The notes: generated from the letters alone by a model not told the origin. DNA of 49,647 nt from Octopus bimaculoides (GCF_001194135.2 NC_068985.1:47715033-47764679); one strand, 5' to 3'. Counted from the first letter of the stretch, positions 12,986-27,010 are shown. Numbers and translations are program-made.

Positions 12986-13110
12986 GCCGACAAAAAAAAA
13001 ACAAAAGAGAGATAAAAAAAGAAACAACGAAAGAACGTAGTGGGGAGAAATAGAGGAAGAGAGATAGGGAGAGAGAGATAAAGAAAGAAAGAAAGAAAGA
13101 AAGAAAGAGA
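12780..13110. repeat. GA-rich low-complexity tract, (GA)n/(GAAA)n
   Basis: Read directly; source of spurious SL/FL-rich ORFs. Confidence 0.9.
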
Positions 13111-13566
13111 GCCGAACATAACTGAAAAACCCATGACAAATGAATACCTTATGTACATCATCTTACTTTTTGGTGACTCATCACTTTACACATTTCTTGC
13201 ATCAGAAATAATTTATAAAAGGAGAATAACTTCCTCGAAACAGAATACCATCTTTCAAACTATGAGACACAACACATGTATTTGGCCAATTTAACCCATA
13301 CATCTCGTGCGGTTTCCGAAATAATGCTATTATCTAACTAAGATTCAGTCCAAAACGGGGACTGTAATCTGATACATGCAAAATCTCTGCAAAACAATGA
13401 CGCCCTCCACAAGCATTAATTTTTCCCTTCTTTGGCGAAGAAATATTGAACTATTTGCAGGGTCGTACACCTACGAAGATATGACTTACAGAAAAGAAAC
13501 GGGGTTTAATTCGAAGTAGCTCGAAATGTAAGTCTGCTTTTCATACCAGTGTATATTAGTATTTGT

Positions 13567-13950
13567 GGTGGATGCGCAATGGCCCAGTGGTTAGGGCAGC
13601 GGACTCGCGGTCATAGGATAGTGGTTTCGATTCCCAGACCGGGCGTTGTGAGTGTTTATTGAGCGAAAACACCTAAAGCTCCACAACGCTCCGGCAGGGG
13701 ATGGTGGCGAACCCTGGTGTACTCTTTCTCCACAACTTTCTTTCACTCTTACTTTCTGTTTCTGTTGTGCTTGTAATTCAAAGGGTCAGCTTTGTCACAC
13801 TGTGCCACGTTGAATATCTCCGAGAACTACGTTAAGGGTACACGTATTTGTGGAGTGCTCAGCCACTTGCACGTTAATTTCACGAGCAGGCTGTCCCGTT
13901 GATCGGATCAACTGGAACCCTCGACGTCGTAAGCGACGGAGTGCCAAAAC
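13567..13950 (+). mobile_element. Full-length tRNA-derived SINE (family B) with 14-bp target-site duplication
   Basis: A-box TGGCCCAGTGG and B-box GTTTCGATTCC; 3' end acggagtgccaaaac; TSD atattagtatttgt at 13553-13566 and 13951-13964. Confidence 0.92.
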
Positions 13951-14112
13951 ATATTAGTATTTGTATCTGAATACTTATTATCTTTTGAGACAGCATGGAT
14001 GTTAGAGTATAGTATTTTATCGTTTTTAAGAAACGCTATGTTGGGATGATTTGAGAAACAAGAGTTTTGTTATGGAAATAAATTTTCATTCAACAATATT
14101 TACACATACACA

Positions 14113-14179
14113 AAGGTGGCGAGGTGGCAAAAATGTGAGCATACCGGGCGAGATGCTTAGCGGTATTTCGTCTGTCTTT
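14113..14179 (+). mobile_element. SINE family A head, cut by an assembly gap
   Basis: aaggtggcgaggtggcaaaaatgtgagcataccgggcgagatgcttagcggtatttcgtctgtcttt matches the copies at 41818 and 47774. Confidence 0.8.
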
Positions 14180-14488
14180 NNNNNNNNNNNNNNNNNNNNN
14201 NNNNNNNNNNNNNNNNNNNNNNNNNNNNNNNNNNNNNNNNNNNNNNNNNNNNNNNNNNNNNNNNNNNNNNNNNNNNNNNNNNNNNNNNNNNNNNNNNNNN
14301 NNNNNNNNNNNNNNNNNNNNNNNNNNNNNNNNNNNNNNNNNNNNNNNNNNNNNNNNNNNNNNNNNNNNNNNNNNNNNNNNNNNNNNNNNNNNNNNNNNNN
14401 NNNNNNNNNNNNNNNNNNNNNNNNNNNNNNNNNNNNNNNNNNNNNNNNNNNNGAGAGAGAGGGAGAGAGAGAGTGAGAGAGAGGGAGA

Positions 14489-14525
<37 letters not shown>

Positions 14526-15684
14526 TCAGAGGAAAATACATAAGTGGGTGACAACATTCATGTAGCATAATGGAGCAAACTTCGTATGTTGACGTTAATT
14601 CAGAAGGAATCAGCTTAAATGGACATTATATGTTTTATCCAAAGGCAAAATACTATCTTGGATATGTTTTTCAATGATAGAATTACTTAATGACAACAGC
14701 CTGAAGTCAAGGGAAGGTTATCTTTAAATGTTTATTGTAATATCCTGCTCATTCGTTAGTCCAAATGAAAATAACTAAATGCTTACTGATTTAGCTAATG
14801 AAATGGGAATGTAAACACGTGTTTCATTGGAATCATAATCTTTCGAACTTGCTAGCAAGCATAGCGTCAATATTCAAGAAAGTTTCATTCGTGGAAATCA
14901 AAACAAAATATGGATATATGGATATATGTGTGCGTGCGTGCGGGACGAGCGTGCGCGTGTGTACGTGAAAGTATTTTACGACATACTCTATGTGTTCATT
15001 ACTGTGGTAGCAAACAAGAGTTTCTTTTTATTTCCTTTCTATAAAGTTACAGAATCTGCTCTTCTATGCAGGCATACGAGTGCATATATGTGTGATTAAT
15101 GGACTATCAATATTCTTAGTGATAAAATACCAGTCAGGTATTTCAGGTTCGAGTCATTGTAGAGGCATTGCAGTAGTGCCATCGAAAAACTATCCAAAAC
15201 AGGAATGTATTATATTATGTATATTCTTTGCTTATGCACACTGTCTGAAAACAAATGTAAAGCAGATAAGGCTTCTTGTGCTTACAAAGATATATGTATG
15301 CCAGAGTGTAGTATATCGCAGTAATTATTCTCATCTCCCAGCAAAGTAAAAACTGGAATACTGGTCGCTGTACTTAACTCTATGTTTCCATTCTGTCGTG
15401 CCACTGAAAGAGCTGTCATGAGCTCGATCTACATGCTGGATATAGAGGACAAATTTCTCCAAAGCAAGAACAAAAAAAAATTATGGGAAAACAACTGCGT
15501 CGACATAGGAATAAACACATTATGCAGAATGGTCTCGGCTGCAATTAATTACATATTAATCTGCACGATCTAGATTGCCGTCAGCCTAAACAACAAGAAA
15601 GCAACACAAACATCAACAATGGCGAGTGGGCTCTGTGTAAATCTTTATTAAAATACAATGTCATTTACGATTAATAATTAACGG

Positions 15685-15990
15685 CCTGCTAACACTTAAT
15701 CCCTGATTACATGGAATGTTTCCTTCCTCGTTCTTTTCACACCCAGTTGTTTTTCACTTCTCTCCAGTATTATGCTTGTTAGATCTCTGGCGTAACTGCT
15801 GGTAGTGTTCCTTTTACAACCATTCATATCATATAAGCCGGGAAGAGAGCGACGTTCTTCTGTGGTTTTTCACCACAGACTGTTGCACTGCCAGGACCCC
15901 AGTTTTAAATAGGATCTCGACATCGTTGAACCGTTTTTCCCTTTTCCCTAGATATATCTTCAATCCCCGCCGTGGAAGGTCTTGTTTACT
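15685..15990 (-). mobile_element. Possible RTE-like LINE 3' coding remnant
   Basis: Frameshifted minus-strand reading ...FNDVEILFKTGVLAVQQSV.../...GCKRNTTSSYARDLTSIILERSEKQLGVKRTRKETFHVIRD weakly resembles the RTE ORF2 end. Confidence 0.25.
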
Positions 15991-16204
15991 TATACATTTC
16001 TGACTGTCTCCAATGATTATTACACTTCAACTACGATGCATAAGAATCTTTCTAACAGTTGCAACTAGAGTTTCAAGAGAAGACACGAGCTCTAACCTTA
16101 TCGCATCAGATTTTCTAAATCAGGTACCTTTTCAGATTTCGTCAACATATCTACTGCAGAAAGTCAGTATAGTGGAGACTACTCCAGTGAAAGATAGCAT
16201 GCTA

Positions 16205-16530
16205 TAGATGCTGATGATAGTGTTATTGGTTTATGCTCTTCCAGTGCTATTGATTTCGTCATATCCACGATGCTGCTGTTGCTGGAGTTGTTGCCGTCGT
16301 TTCAATTGTTTCTTTTGTTACTGCTGCTGCCACAACTGCAGTCGCTGCTACTGCTGTCGCTGCTATTACTGCCACTTCCGCTAAAGTTGCCGAGATTGCC
16401 GTTGTTGCTGATGCTGCCGATGATGCTTCCAATTCTCCAGCTGCAGCTGCTGTCACACATTTGTTTTCCTTTGTGATAATTTTTCTGTTGTTACTATTGT
16501 TTTCTTCTCTTGCTGTTGTTGTAGTATGCT
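16205..16530. repeat. Cryptic (GCT/GTT)n low-complexity tract
   Basis: Degenerate trinucleotide run that yields poly-L or poly-A ORFs on both strands. Confidence 0.85.
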
Positions 16531-17349
16531 ACTTATTCAACATGAGATATTCCAGCAAACAGCATCAATTAGCAAGTAAACATAAATAAAGCCATTGATT
16601 TCATCTTAGTAAGAGACCACAAAAAATGAAGAGATTTTGTCCTGTAATTAACGAGGCAGAAAAATAGAGAAAAATAAGAATCAATTACATAGAAATAAGG
16701 CTGGCCTATTACGAACCGAAAACGTCAGAATTCATAGAATTAAAACGAAGTGTGATGGCCTTAAAACTCAGAAAGATAGATAGACCTCTGCATAGATTTC
16801 AAGACTTTATTTTGGATCCAACGGAATATAAAAGCTTGGCCTGATCGGGCTGGCCTCACTACATACTACACAAATAGTATAGTGCAAAGCATAATACATC
16901 CTGCTATTAACACCATTTTCTACCATTAATTGGAACCAAAAATATCAAATTATGGAATTTTACAATTCACACTGACCATAGCAAAATGAGGCTGATATAT
17001 CGTTGAAGATTTAAAAAAACGAAACATACCTATTCATTTGGTATGCCTATGCCATCTGACAGATATATATCTGCTAATGTATATTTTTAAAGTACACAAA
17101 ACCCAGTCGTCGAAAGAGCGGAATGTGTCTGGCAATACAAGATACAAAGAACACCTGGTGTACTTGACAATTTCGTGTTATTAAAAAAGGTGTAAATAAA
17201 TTACTGGAAAGCATCTCATCGAAATACAACATTTATGAAATTTTAAAAAAATCATCCCCAACAACGCAGCTCACATTTTATATAATGTTTTTTTTTCTTT
17301 GTTATACCGAATAATTTTTCCTGAATACTATTCTATTATACATGCCTTG

Positions 17350-17388
<39 letters not shown>

Positions 17389-19000
17389 NNNNNNNNNNNN
17401 NNNNNNNNNNNNNNNNNNNNNNNNNNNNNNNNNNNNNNNNNNNNNNATATATATATATATCTCGTATTACCTAGATAGATAGATAGATAGATAGATAGAT
17501 ATTGAATCTAAATTAATTCTATATCTTTTTATATCTACAGTATTCCGTGAAAGACCATCATTAAATGGCAATACTTACTCTAGGTATCTAGCTAGCACCT
17601 GCTAGTGATTGTTTCATGAAGCAACAACAAAGGAAAAATATGGTAATGTTATACCGAGTGGTCCCCAATATAGATATAGCAATATATAGTACTTATCTTT
17701 AGATTCTATCTAACCGCTGCTTGTAACGTGTTACAGTACATAATTTCTATAAGGTACAAGCAGTTAGGGAAAAATGTATATCTCATCTTAAAAGTCACAG
17801 AGATTCAATAAAGTGAGCCCTCGTATATCAAGTAGTACACTTTTGTTACACGCTCAGTTAAACCGTAGCTGTATGCGAAACATTACCGATGCAACGATTC
17901 GAAGATATAACATCTTATGTTAGCAAAACCAATAACAATAAAACAAACGATAGCGCAAAAATCATAAAAGAATGAGAATAAAAACTCTCTTAATAGCATT
18001 TCTGCTAACATGATGCTCTCTCTTGGTAGGTGGTTGCTTTCTTTCAATACTTGTATCGCCTCGTTGAAAATCCCTGTTCTAATGGCGTTGCTGGCACTTA
18101 TTTTACTTCATTTCCAGGATATTTGAACCGTTTCTCTAGGGACCATTATTGCTGGGCCAGTGATCAAAGAATATGCTTCTTCGTGTTCGTTCGTTTTTCA
18201 TCTCTCTGAAATACAGAATATGCTGAAATCCTGGAGTAGCTGGCGGATTTTTACTTCACATCTTTATACCTGTAATAGACATGTATTGTCTGATATATGA
18301 ACCAAGTAAAGTAAGATAATTGAGAGAGAAAACAGGGCAGTATATGAAAACGCTGATGGAAAAGAATAAAGTGAATAAGAACAAAAAGAAAAGAAGTAGA
18401 ATAACTTCACGATAAAACACACCGAAACATATCAAATTTATGCAAGAAGGATGAAATGTAAAATGCAGAGGATACAGAAAACATAACTACAGAAAAAAAA
18501 AACAATGAGATAATAAAAGAAGACATACATAAAGTGGGGACTAATTATAAAGTAGAACCAATTAACAATATAATAATTAAGAGCTAGCAAATAAATTTTA
18601 AAAACAAATACTTAGAATAATGAAAAGAGTTACACAGAAATAATATCAATTTATAAAATAATAACATAAAGATAATTACTCTACCACTGTTCACTCACCC
18701 AACATTCACCGTAACGTGCAACTTTCACACTTCCCGCACAAACACACCTTGGCTCTTTTCTCCTCTTTTGTCACATCAACTGCACTACATAGCATTATTA
18801 TTTGATTCTCTTTCTCGTTTGCAAATTCTGCTCCCGCTATTTCTCTCCCTATCACTATCTCTCTTAAACTGCTCCTGAAAGTGAGAAATGTCTCAAACGT
18901 TAGATTCTTTCACTCCTAATGTCTGATAAACACACATTATGGCTTTCATCGTTCCTATTAGCATTTTTTAACATAAAACAGGGGAAAACGCTACCTCCTT

Positions 19001-19046
<46 letters not shown>

Positions 19047-21149
19047 NNNNNNNNNNGCTCCACCTGATACAGCAGAAGTATCCTTATTGATATTCCAACC
19101 GTAGCAATGAAATCCTTTTCTTGCTGCATTCCACATCGGATCGCATTATGAAATCCATCCTATTCTAAGACGATCAGTTCCAGTCCAAGAGAGACCTGAC
19201 TGCTAATTCTATCCGGCCAAGCGACTATGTACATATAGACTACGTATGAATGTATGCTTATTGTTTTACTTCAGTAACACTATATCCCCAAAGTCTCAAG
19301 CCCCTTCTTGTGTTTCTCACCGATATCTCATCACCCTTCAAATTTATTTAGATAGATAAATCTCTGGTTGATGGAATATAGAAGCAGCGACAACAATAAG
19401 TATTTTTTCGAAAGGCATAATAGTAACACTACATAAATATTAAAATTATAGGAACTGTTGAATTACTATTGCTGTTACTATTTCATGTGTCGTTGTTGGG
19501 TTCGATGGCAGAGGGGGTGTTTTGCCGTATGTCGGATTGTTTTTGAGTAAACTTAATATCAAAGACCATCCAGCACTATGACTATCTTGGTTTTAGTGTC
19601 ATTGAAAACTCATTATTCACTACATATGTTCTCGGTCTAAAATTGAGGTGTTTAATTTCAGGAATTTTCGGCTGCTATTTTGAACGAGTAAATCAAAGGT
19701 CATATGCACACTCTTGTTCTTTACACTTGTAGTTGTTTTTATTACCATTGCACTGGCCAGTCGTGTTGTTGTTGATGCATCATTGAATTTGTTATAGTTG
19801 TTCTTATTGTTCACAATTTCAACCATCTGCCCAATTAGGTATGATTGCTTAAAATTTGAACGTTCTCTCACTGCTTAATGTTTCAGGTATTTTTGTAAAA
19901 ATTCCTATTTTCATTTTGATACTGGTGTTGTTGATTCAGCAATATAAGTATTATTGTTTATGAGGCTATGGTTTGATTACCACATTACTTTGCTGCTATT
20001 TTGTCGATTTTACTGTAAAGAATTCGACGTGAACTTAATTAAAATCTTGCGTCGTATCACTATATCTAAATATCCAAGTTTGTTGCAGTATATTAACTAT
20101 TGATACAAGATATTGTATTATAATATGATATAGTGTTGCAAAACAGAACTCGTTTGAATACTTACAACTTTAAATATCAAGTGGTCATTACTTTGCACTC
20201 TGCTATTACGCTTTCTTATATAATAATGCAACTTAATCGGAGAATTCATTACTTCATGATTAAAAGTTTATTTCCTCGTAGATATTTAGTCATTATGTCT
20301 GGTGTCGTTTTAACTTGTCTCACTATATCTTCTATCACTCGTCCTCTCGTATTTTTGCATTGCTTATATCAAACATTAGGGATCTGTTCTTAATAAGCTT
20401 TGGAAAGACTACTTAGTTTCATTCACTAATAAAATCAGATTTAAGCCAAGCATATGAAGAAGCACTAAAGAGAACGACTTTTCTTTTTTATGTAACACAA
20501 AACATCTAGAATTAATTTTCATTACAAAATTAATCTTAAAAATTTTAAAGCGCAGGAAATAAGGAATAGCTATGGTTACGCTTTTAAGCAAATACTTACA
20601 AGACCAATGAACAAAATGGACAAAAATTATATGGTTTCTCACATGTTATATCTTATAATTTCTAAGATGCACAGCCATTAGAAGTGATATTATTGTATCA
20701 CAAATTATAAGGCATCGATCTGGCAGATCTTTTGAGAATTGGTAAAAATACCTTGCCCTATGTGTTCCGTCTGTATGCCTTTTGATTTCAAATCCTGAGT
20801 ACGATTCACATACCAGGGCCAATGTAGTCGACTAAGCCCCCTCCACTCAAAATTGCTGATATTCGGTGAGCAAATCTTGAAAATTTGTGTTGTTTGTTAG
20901 GAGGATACAACAGAGATTTTCAGTTGTTGTCTGCCGATTTCTATAGTTTAGTCTTCTATATTCCTGCTCTAAAAATCTTGACCATGAAGCACAGGTCATT
21001 TAAACTGTTAGACAAAAAGACTATTTCAAGTGATATCAGGACATAACTACACACGGGGGTCACACATATTCTGTGGCCAGGAGTTCTCCATGCCCTATTT
21101 TCCTCAACTCCAGAATCACCTTCTGCAACTTGAGACATAACTAAATCTC

Positions 21150-22109
21150 ATCACATGTGATACCACCTCAGACTAGAAAAATCCAAGCAGCAGAAGTGTT
21201 ATTTCATTCTCTTCAGAACACCTAATCTTATCAGTAAAGGCTTAATTTCTTATCCTGAAAAATTTGTACTGTATATAGATCAACTGTTCATATTAAAATC
21301 GTTCCTTCTTGTGGTGTTAGATTTTTAAATATTCCTGCATTCGTGGAAGGTGTCTTTGCTTACTTATTGCTCAAATAACCCCAGGTGATTTAATTTTTTC
21401 AATTCACTCATATGTGAGATTCTATCATAGAGAAGCATACAGAATTCTCTATTGGGTTATTAGATGTTTTGCTGGAACTGTTTTTGGCTTCTATTATCCG
21501 TAGTACAGATATATTAAGTATATGTTCAATTTTGTTCTTGAATTGTTCCTTATACTCCACTTTACAGTGCGATTTACATTTTTCTGACAGCATCTGATAT
21601 TGTCGTTTCTGGAGGCATTGATCCCGAGCTAGTACTATAAACCTTTCTGATTTAATTTTTAATTTCCTGCTTGTCAACCGCAAGTGGTTGTCGCAGTTAG
21701 AAATATTAATCTATGTAAGATTATTATCCACGAAGTAGCATAGTTTCCATTCTACCCTTTGTGATATTTTCCTTTCAATCGTATTTTTTTTATTTTTATT
21801 TTCTATTTCTACTTTATATCTTGTGACATTCGCTTTTTTGTGTATGTTAGTCCTTTCTCCAGGTTTAGCTTTCAGCCTTGAATAAATAATGTTGCTACTT
21901 TGTAGGAAACACATGAGAGCTCCATGCATATATAGATATACATACATACATACATACATACTTATACACACACACACACATATATATATATATATGTGTG
22001 TGTGTATGTATGTATGTATGTATGTATATATATATATATATATATAGATAGATAATGTACATACACATATATATACTAACACACCTAGCTATACAAAAGT
22101 GCATAAATA

Positions 22110-22145
<36 letters not shown>

Positions 22146-23600
22146 TGTATGTATGTATGTATGTATGTATGTATGTATGTATGTATGTATGTATGTATGT
22201 ATGTATGTATGTGTGTATGTGTGTGTGTGTGTGTGTATGTGTGTGTGTGTGTGTGTGTGTGTTTATATGTGTCCGTGCGTGTGTGGATCAAGAGTGGAAA
22301 GAAGTTTTACGGTTACATACTATTTGCAGAATCTTTGATTTCTTTGAAGCACTGTTTATTACATTCCAAATGCGGCTGTTTTCTACTTGGATTCTACATG
22401 TGCTAGTCACTTGCCTTGAAATTGTCTTTTTATGTTACGCCGATTGTTCTGTATATAGGAAGAAAATCCTTGTATTAGTATGCAATCTTCAAGTTTCGCT
22501 GATTCTTCCTCCAATTTATGATGTTAAAACTATTTTATGGTGCAAGCATTTATGACGCAATTTACTTATATTTGTTTTTGGACTCAGTTCTCTTCTCAAC
22601 ACTAAATTCTCTCGATGTTTTTGTTGTTCATGAAGTGCCATTTGCATTGTACTTTATTGGATTTGGCTTACTTCCAATTTTCCAATACTTCCATTGCTTG
22701 AAGTTTTCTTAATGCCTCGTCTGCTCCATTGCAAAACATTTCTGTTCTTTTTTTGTTCTGCAATTTTTTTGCACGTGTAAATCTGACAAACAACTTCAAA
22801 TCCATCCATGGAGATAGCTTGACTTCTTCCGTTCTTAAATATATAAATAATTCGCTCAACGTTATAAGAGGCTCGCAAAAATAGAGGCGTGATTCAAGCT
22901 ACTTAGATGTTTAGAGTTTTATTTTTTGGGTTCCTGTTATAAATGCCCTGCGTAGGAACGATAAAATCAACTTCGAATTCCGTTTTCCCATACTATGCCT
23001 AGGGAATTTTATTATTCTCGGTTCGATGTTATGGATGCTCAAGATTTTCATTATCCAGATATAGGTATATTGTCGTATACCTAGATTAATGTATCCGAGC
23101 TATTAATAAATGCTGCATTCTTTACATGTAATATTTCTGAGTTGACTTTACTGGGGTGCTTTATTATCATCCTTCGTTCTACTGTCCATGGATCGATAAA
23201 TACATTGTTTTCTTTCCTACATATAAAATAGGTATATATATCTTGGAAAACAAACATAAAGATATCAAGTTATTACATATGCTATGAGAATGCCTTAAAT
23301 GTATTTATTTCCCATAACGCTGCTATTTACTTGAATGTATATATTACTATAATTATAAATATTTTGTCAATCAAATCTTTACAAAATTAGTTGTATATTA
23401 TTTATTCTTCATGTACCAACAAGTGGGATCTTGCATAGATTATTTAGCTGCAATCACGGTTCTGTTTCAGGTAGACATAATCCTTTAGCTTTTCAGCTAC
23501 TTTTCTCAAAACATTACACACATTGGGTGTAGCACTCACTTCTATAATTATTTTTCTCATAAAATAGCTCTGATTCGCCATGTCATATCTGGCGTTATTT
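21150..23600 (-). mobile_element. Cluster of highly degenerate R4/Dong-like RLE LINE fragments interrupted by (TACA)n/(TATG)n arrays
   Basis: LKIKSERFIVLARDQCLQKRQYQ...IEHIL (21500-21670) resembles ETEGFIxAxQDQxLxTRNYQ before the CCHC knuckle. NSFNIINW (about 22510-22540) and LCLPETE..LQLNNLCKI (about 23420-23480) resemble RT-thumb motifs YSFNIINW and LYLPRxEGGRGLxQL. Confidence 0.55.
21935..22262. repeat. (TACA)n, (TA)n, long (TATG)n and (TG)n microsatellites
   Basis: Read directly; pure (TATG)n at about 22096-22210. Confidence 0.95.
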
Positions 23601-24045
23601 CTGTATATTATATGTAGTTCTGTAGAATTACTACATTGTCATTTTGATAATATAGAATGAGGAGTATTTCATGAGTACCTCATGGAGGTTTCGCGACAGA
23701 GTGACAATCTTTGAACTGTTTGTACTACTGTTGTCAATGATGCATGATACTGCATTATGCTATTTTCCTTTTGTTCCTTTGTTTTCCTAAGACACCTACT
23801 GTGTCTTAGGAGAACATGACTTTCCTAAAACATGACTGTGAAGTGGTTTGCTTAAATAATTCTACGATGTCTTCATTTGTCTTGATGTTATAATCCCTCG
23901 TTTTATTTCTGCTTGCACATTTGTTCAGGAGTGTACTTTAACGGGATAAATCGAAATTCGTTAAATATAAATATATTAGATGACGTTGTGTATTTATATT
24001 CCACACAAAAGAGATGAGATTAGTATACTACAACATCATGGTGCG

Positions 24046-24262
24046 TAAGGCCGATGAGCTGGCAGAATCGTTAGCGGTATTTCGTTTGCCGTTACGTTCT
24101 GAGTTCAAATTCCGCAGAGGTCGACTTTGCATTTCATCCTTTCGGGGTCGATTAAATAAGTACTAGCTACGCATTGGGCTTGATGTAATCGACTTAATCC
24201 CTTTGTCTGTCCTTGTTTGTCCCCTCCATGTTTAGCCCCTGTGGGCAATAAAGAAATAAATA
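24046..24262 (+). mobile_element. SINE family A copy with a short internal deletion in the head
   Basis: gagctggcagaatcgttagcggtatttcg...ctgagttcaaattccgcagaggtcgactttgcatttcatcctttcggggtcgat; Pol III A/B-box-like head; ends caataaagaaataaa. Confidence 0.88.
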
Positions 24263-24552
24263 GCATGATGTGTGACTCATAAGTGCAGTGAGCTCTGCCC
24301 ATTTTTAAATACTCACAGTATTTATCACTATACTGACTGAACACATATCTGGTTCTACAAAAATGCCAGTCCTAATTCAATTTTCGTTGGGTTGGTTAAT
24401 TTGCGTTTGAAATTGACTCCAGCAATAATAACTCTTTGCTAAAGTGGGCCTTGGTGCCCCATATATGACTAAAATACCTTACCAGGTGGTGCTATTAAGT
24501 TAGACATGGCCTGGGCCTATTACTGGTCGAAATCTATCAACGTTATGAAGGT

Positions 24553-24555
<3 letters not shown>

Positions 24556-24647
<92 letters not shown>

Positions 24648-24842
24648 GTGCTTATCCCCCCACCAATCGCTTGATAACCGATGTTGGTGTGTTTACGTCG
24701 CCGTAAACTGGCGGTTCAGCAAAAAGCCCCAATAAAATAGGTACTAGACTTACAAAGAATAAGTTCTGTGGTCGATTTGCTCGACTAAAGGCGGCGCTCC
24801 TGCATATCCGCAGTCAAATGACTGAAACAAGTAAAAGAAAAA
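24556..24842 (+). mobile_element. (TG)n tract followed by SINE-like repeat family C 3' portion
   Basis: cgcttgataaccgatgttggtgtgtttacgtc...gtcaaatgactgaaacaagtaaaag; a diverged second copy lies at 36838-37010. Confidence 0.75.
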
Positions 24843-24870
24843 ATTAAAGAATTCATACAGACAGACATAG

Positions 24871-24904
<34 letters not shown>

Positions 24905-26711
24905 AGCGAAAGAGAGAGAGGGAAATAAAGAGAGAGAAAGAGAGATGAGTAGATATGCATTTACGTGCGTTTCTTCGTGTTTCAGGTGCCTGCCAGGTTT
25001 TGCTGCTCCACCATTTTCTCTCTGTTATTTCACTCTGTATTTTTTTCTTTCTATCTTGTCCCTCCTTCTAAAATCACTTCACCTTCGCTAACGCATCTCG
25101 GCCTTTCAAACTCACGATCCTCTCTTAACTTTATTCCCTCTCCCCTGTCTCCCTTTCTATCGTCATTGCGCTTCAGCGGCACAGAAAATAAGATTTGCAT
25201 ATGTGTGTGTGTATTGTCACTGAACAAAACTTATTAAAACACACGAATTGTTAGTGGTCATAGCTGGTCAAAGATAGTCTCGTAAAAAGCCAACTACATT
25301 TCAGTGCTTATATGTTAATAATAGAGAATTTGTTTAATGTAGCACTGAATACCATATTTTCCATAGTTTTACTTTTTTTTTACACAATTCATTATTGATT
25401 GGTATCTATTTTGAACTCATCTGTGTGGTTTTACAAGATTTTTTTCGATTCTTATAATCATGTGCATAGTCTCTCTATAAACTTTCTAATTACTGACTAT
25501 TATAAAGATTGAATACATTGACACACCGTTAATGGTATGAACCGCTTTAGTCAACAGCTTTTTAACCCCGGCTTCGAAACCCAGCGGATATACGTAAAGA
25601 TAATATTTGACTAAACATTATTCAATATTGATATAGTTCTATGAAAATGTCCAGCGTAAAATTATATTATAATTCAAATTAGGGTAGATATGTAAACTCT
25701 TGATACTTATATTGTCATGTATATTGTTATAATTCCAGTCACGATTTCAATTTCACAATGTACCTGGCTGATTATCAACCTAACGAAAACTGTTCACTAC
25801 TCACGACGCTTTGCGAATATATGCGAATATGTAGGTTTCATTATGCATTTATGTTGATGTGTGTGGATATGTGTATGTATGCCTTTGTTTGAGAGTTTGA
25901 GTGGTTGTATAATAAGAAAATGAAAACAAATTCAATAGGTAATTGCTTTATGCCGCTGGAGACATTTCTGGCGTTCCCATTATGTATAAATATGAAGGTA
26001 TTCTTCAAATAAATAGGACAAAAGAACCTTTCAGGAAACTACCATACATATATCTCTATACATTTCATAAGCACAATTGTTTACATAACGTATCTGAGCT
26101 ACCGTTACATAATTTAATGCACATATCGATATATAATTTTGCAATATGATAGTTAATAATGCAACAATTACGCAGCATTTTCTTTCATAATATCTTTCAT
26201 ATTTAAAGAAATTTATAATTACGGACTGTTGCACTTAATAAACTCATCGATTATTATCTAATATATTTTCTTCTAAGGGAATGTTATCAATCTCATACTT
26301 CGATATATTTCTTTGATAGATTGATGCTTCGTTACTTTCAAAATAATGTCTCGTTGTTGTTCTTGCAATGTCAAATATTTTTCTATTCAAGATGATCTTT
26401 CACTTAACTCTTAAAAGCGATTATTATTTTAGAAATACCTTCACATATGAATCTAAATTACTGAACCTGAACTTTATGTATCATTATTATGAAAAACTAT
26501 TGTGTGACAGAAACTGTTAAAACAACTTTTATCATAACTCACTTCCGTCTTCAAAGCAGCACGTTTCCGCCCTTTTGTGTTGCTTTAGCTTTCAGACATT
26601 CAGCATCTGAATCTCTTTCCACTTTTTAAAAAATCTAAAGAAGTAAATCGACACGAGTACTGAGTGGTAAAGGCTTTATCAATGTTGCTTAACAAGTATT
26701 GACAATACAGT

Positions 26712-27010
26712 CATCCATGGTGGGATTTGAACTCAGACCATAAAAAGAGGAAACGCCGCAGTTTATTTTGACTGACATATAATCGATTAGGGCGAGATCA
26801 GTCTACGCTTTCAAAACCAAATATTGATTTCTGACATTGATATAAGGCCACTCATTTCCAAATAAATTATAGTCTATTAAATCTACCCAAACATCTGACT
26901 TGTATTTTATGTGATCATCTGTGAAATATGTGAAGGGCATGTTCACCTCGGCGGGATTTGAGCACAAATATGAACTTCTTAGCAAATAACGCAAGGTTTT
27001 TTGTTCGATG
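26712..27010 (-). mobile_element. Two degenerate SINE family A fragments (about 26712-26760 and 26935-27010)
   Basis: gggatttgaactcaga and cacctcggcgggatttgagc are reverse complements of the family A B-box region. Confidence 0.55.

Noticed and set aside
13570-13640. tRNA-like A and B boxes
   Set aside because: This is a SINE head. No full cloverleaf is evident and it continues into the SINE body with a TSD, so it is not a tRNA gene.
18000-18290. EMKNERTRRSIFFDHWP, BIR-domain-like start on the minus strand
   Set aside because: A stop follows immediately, and the downstream GF/C/H BIR residues are absent.
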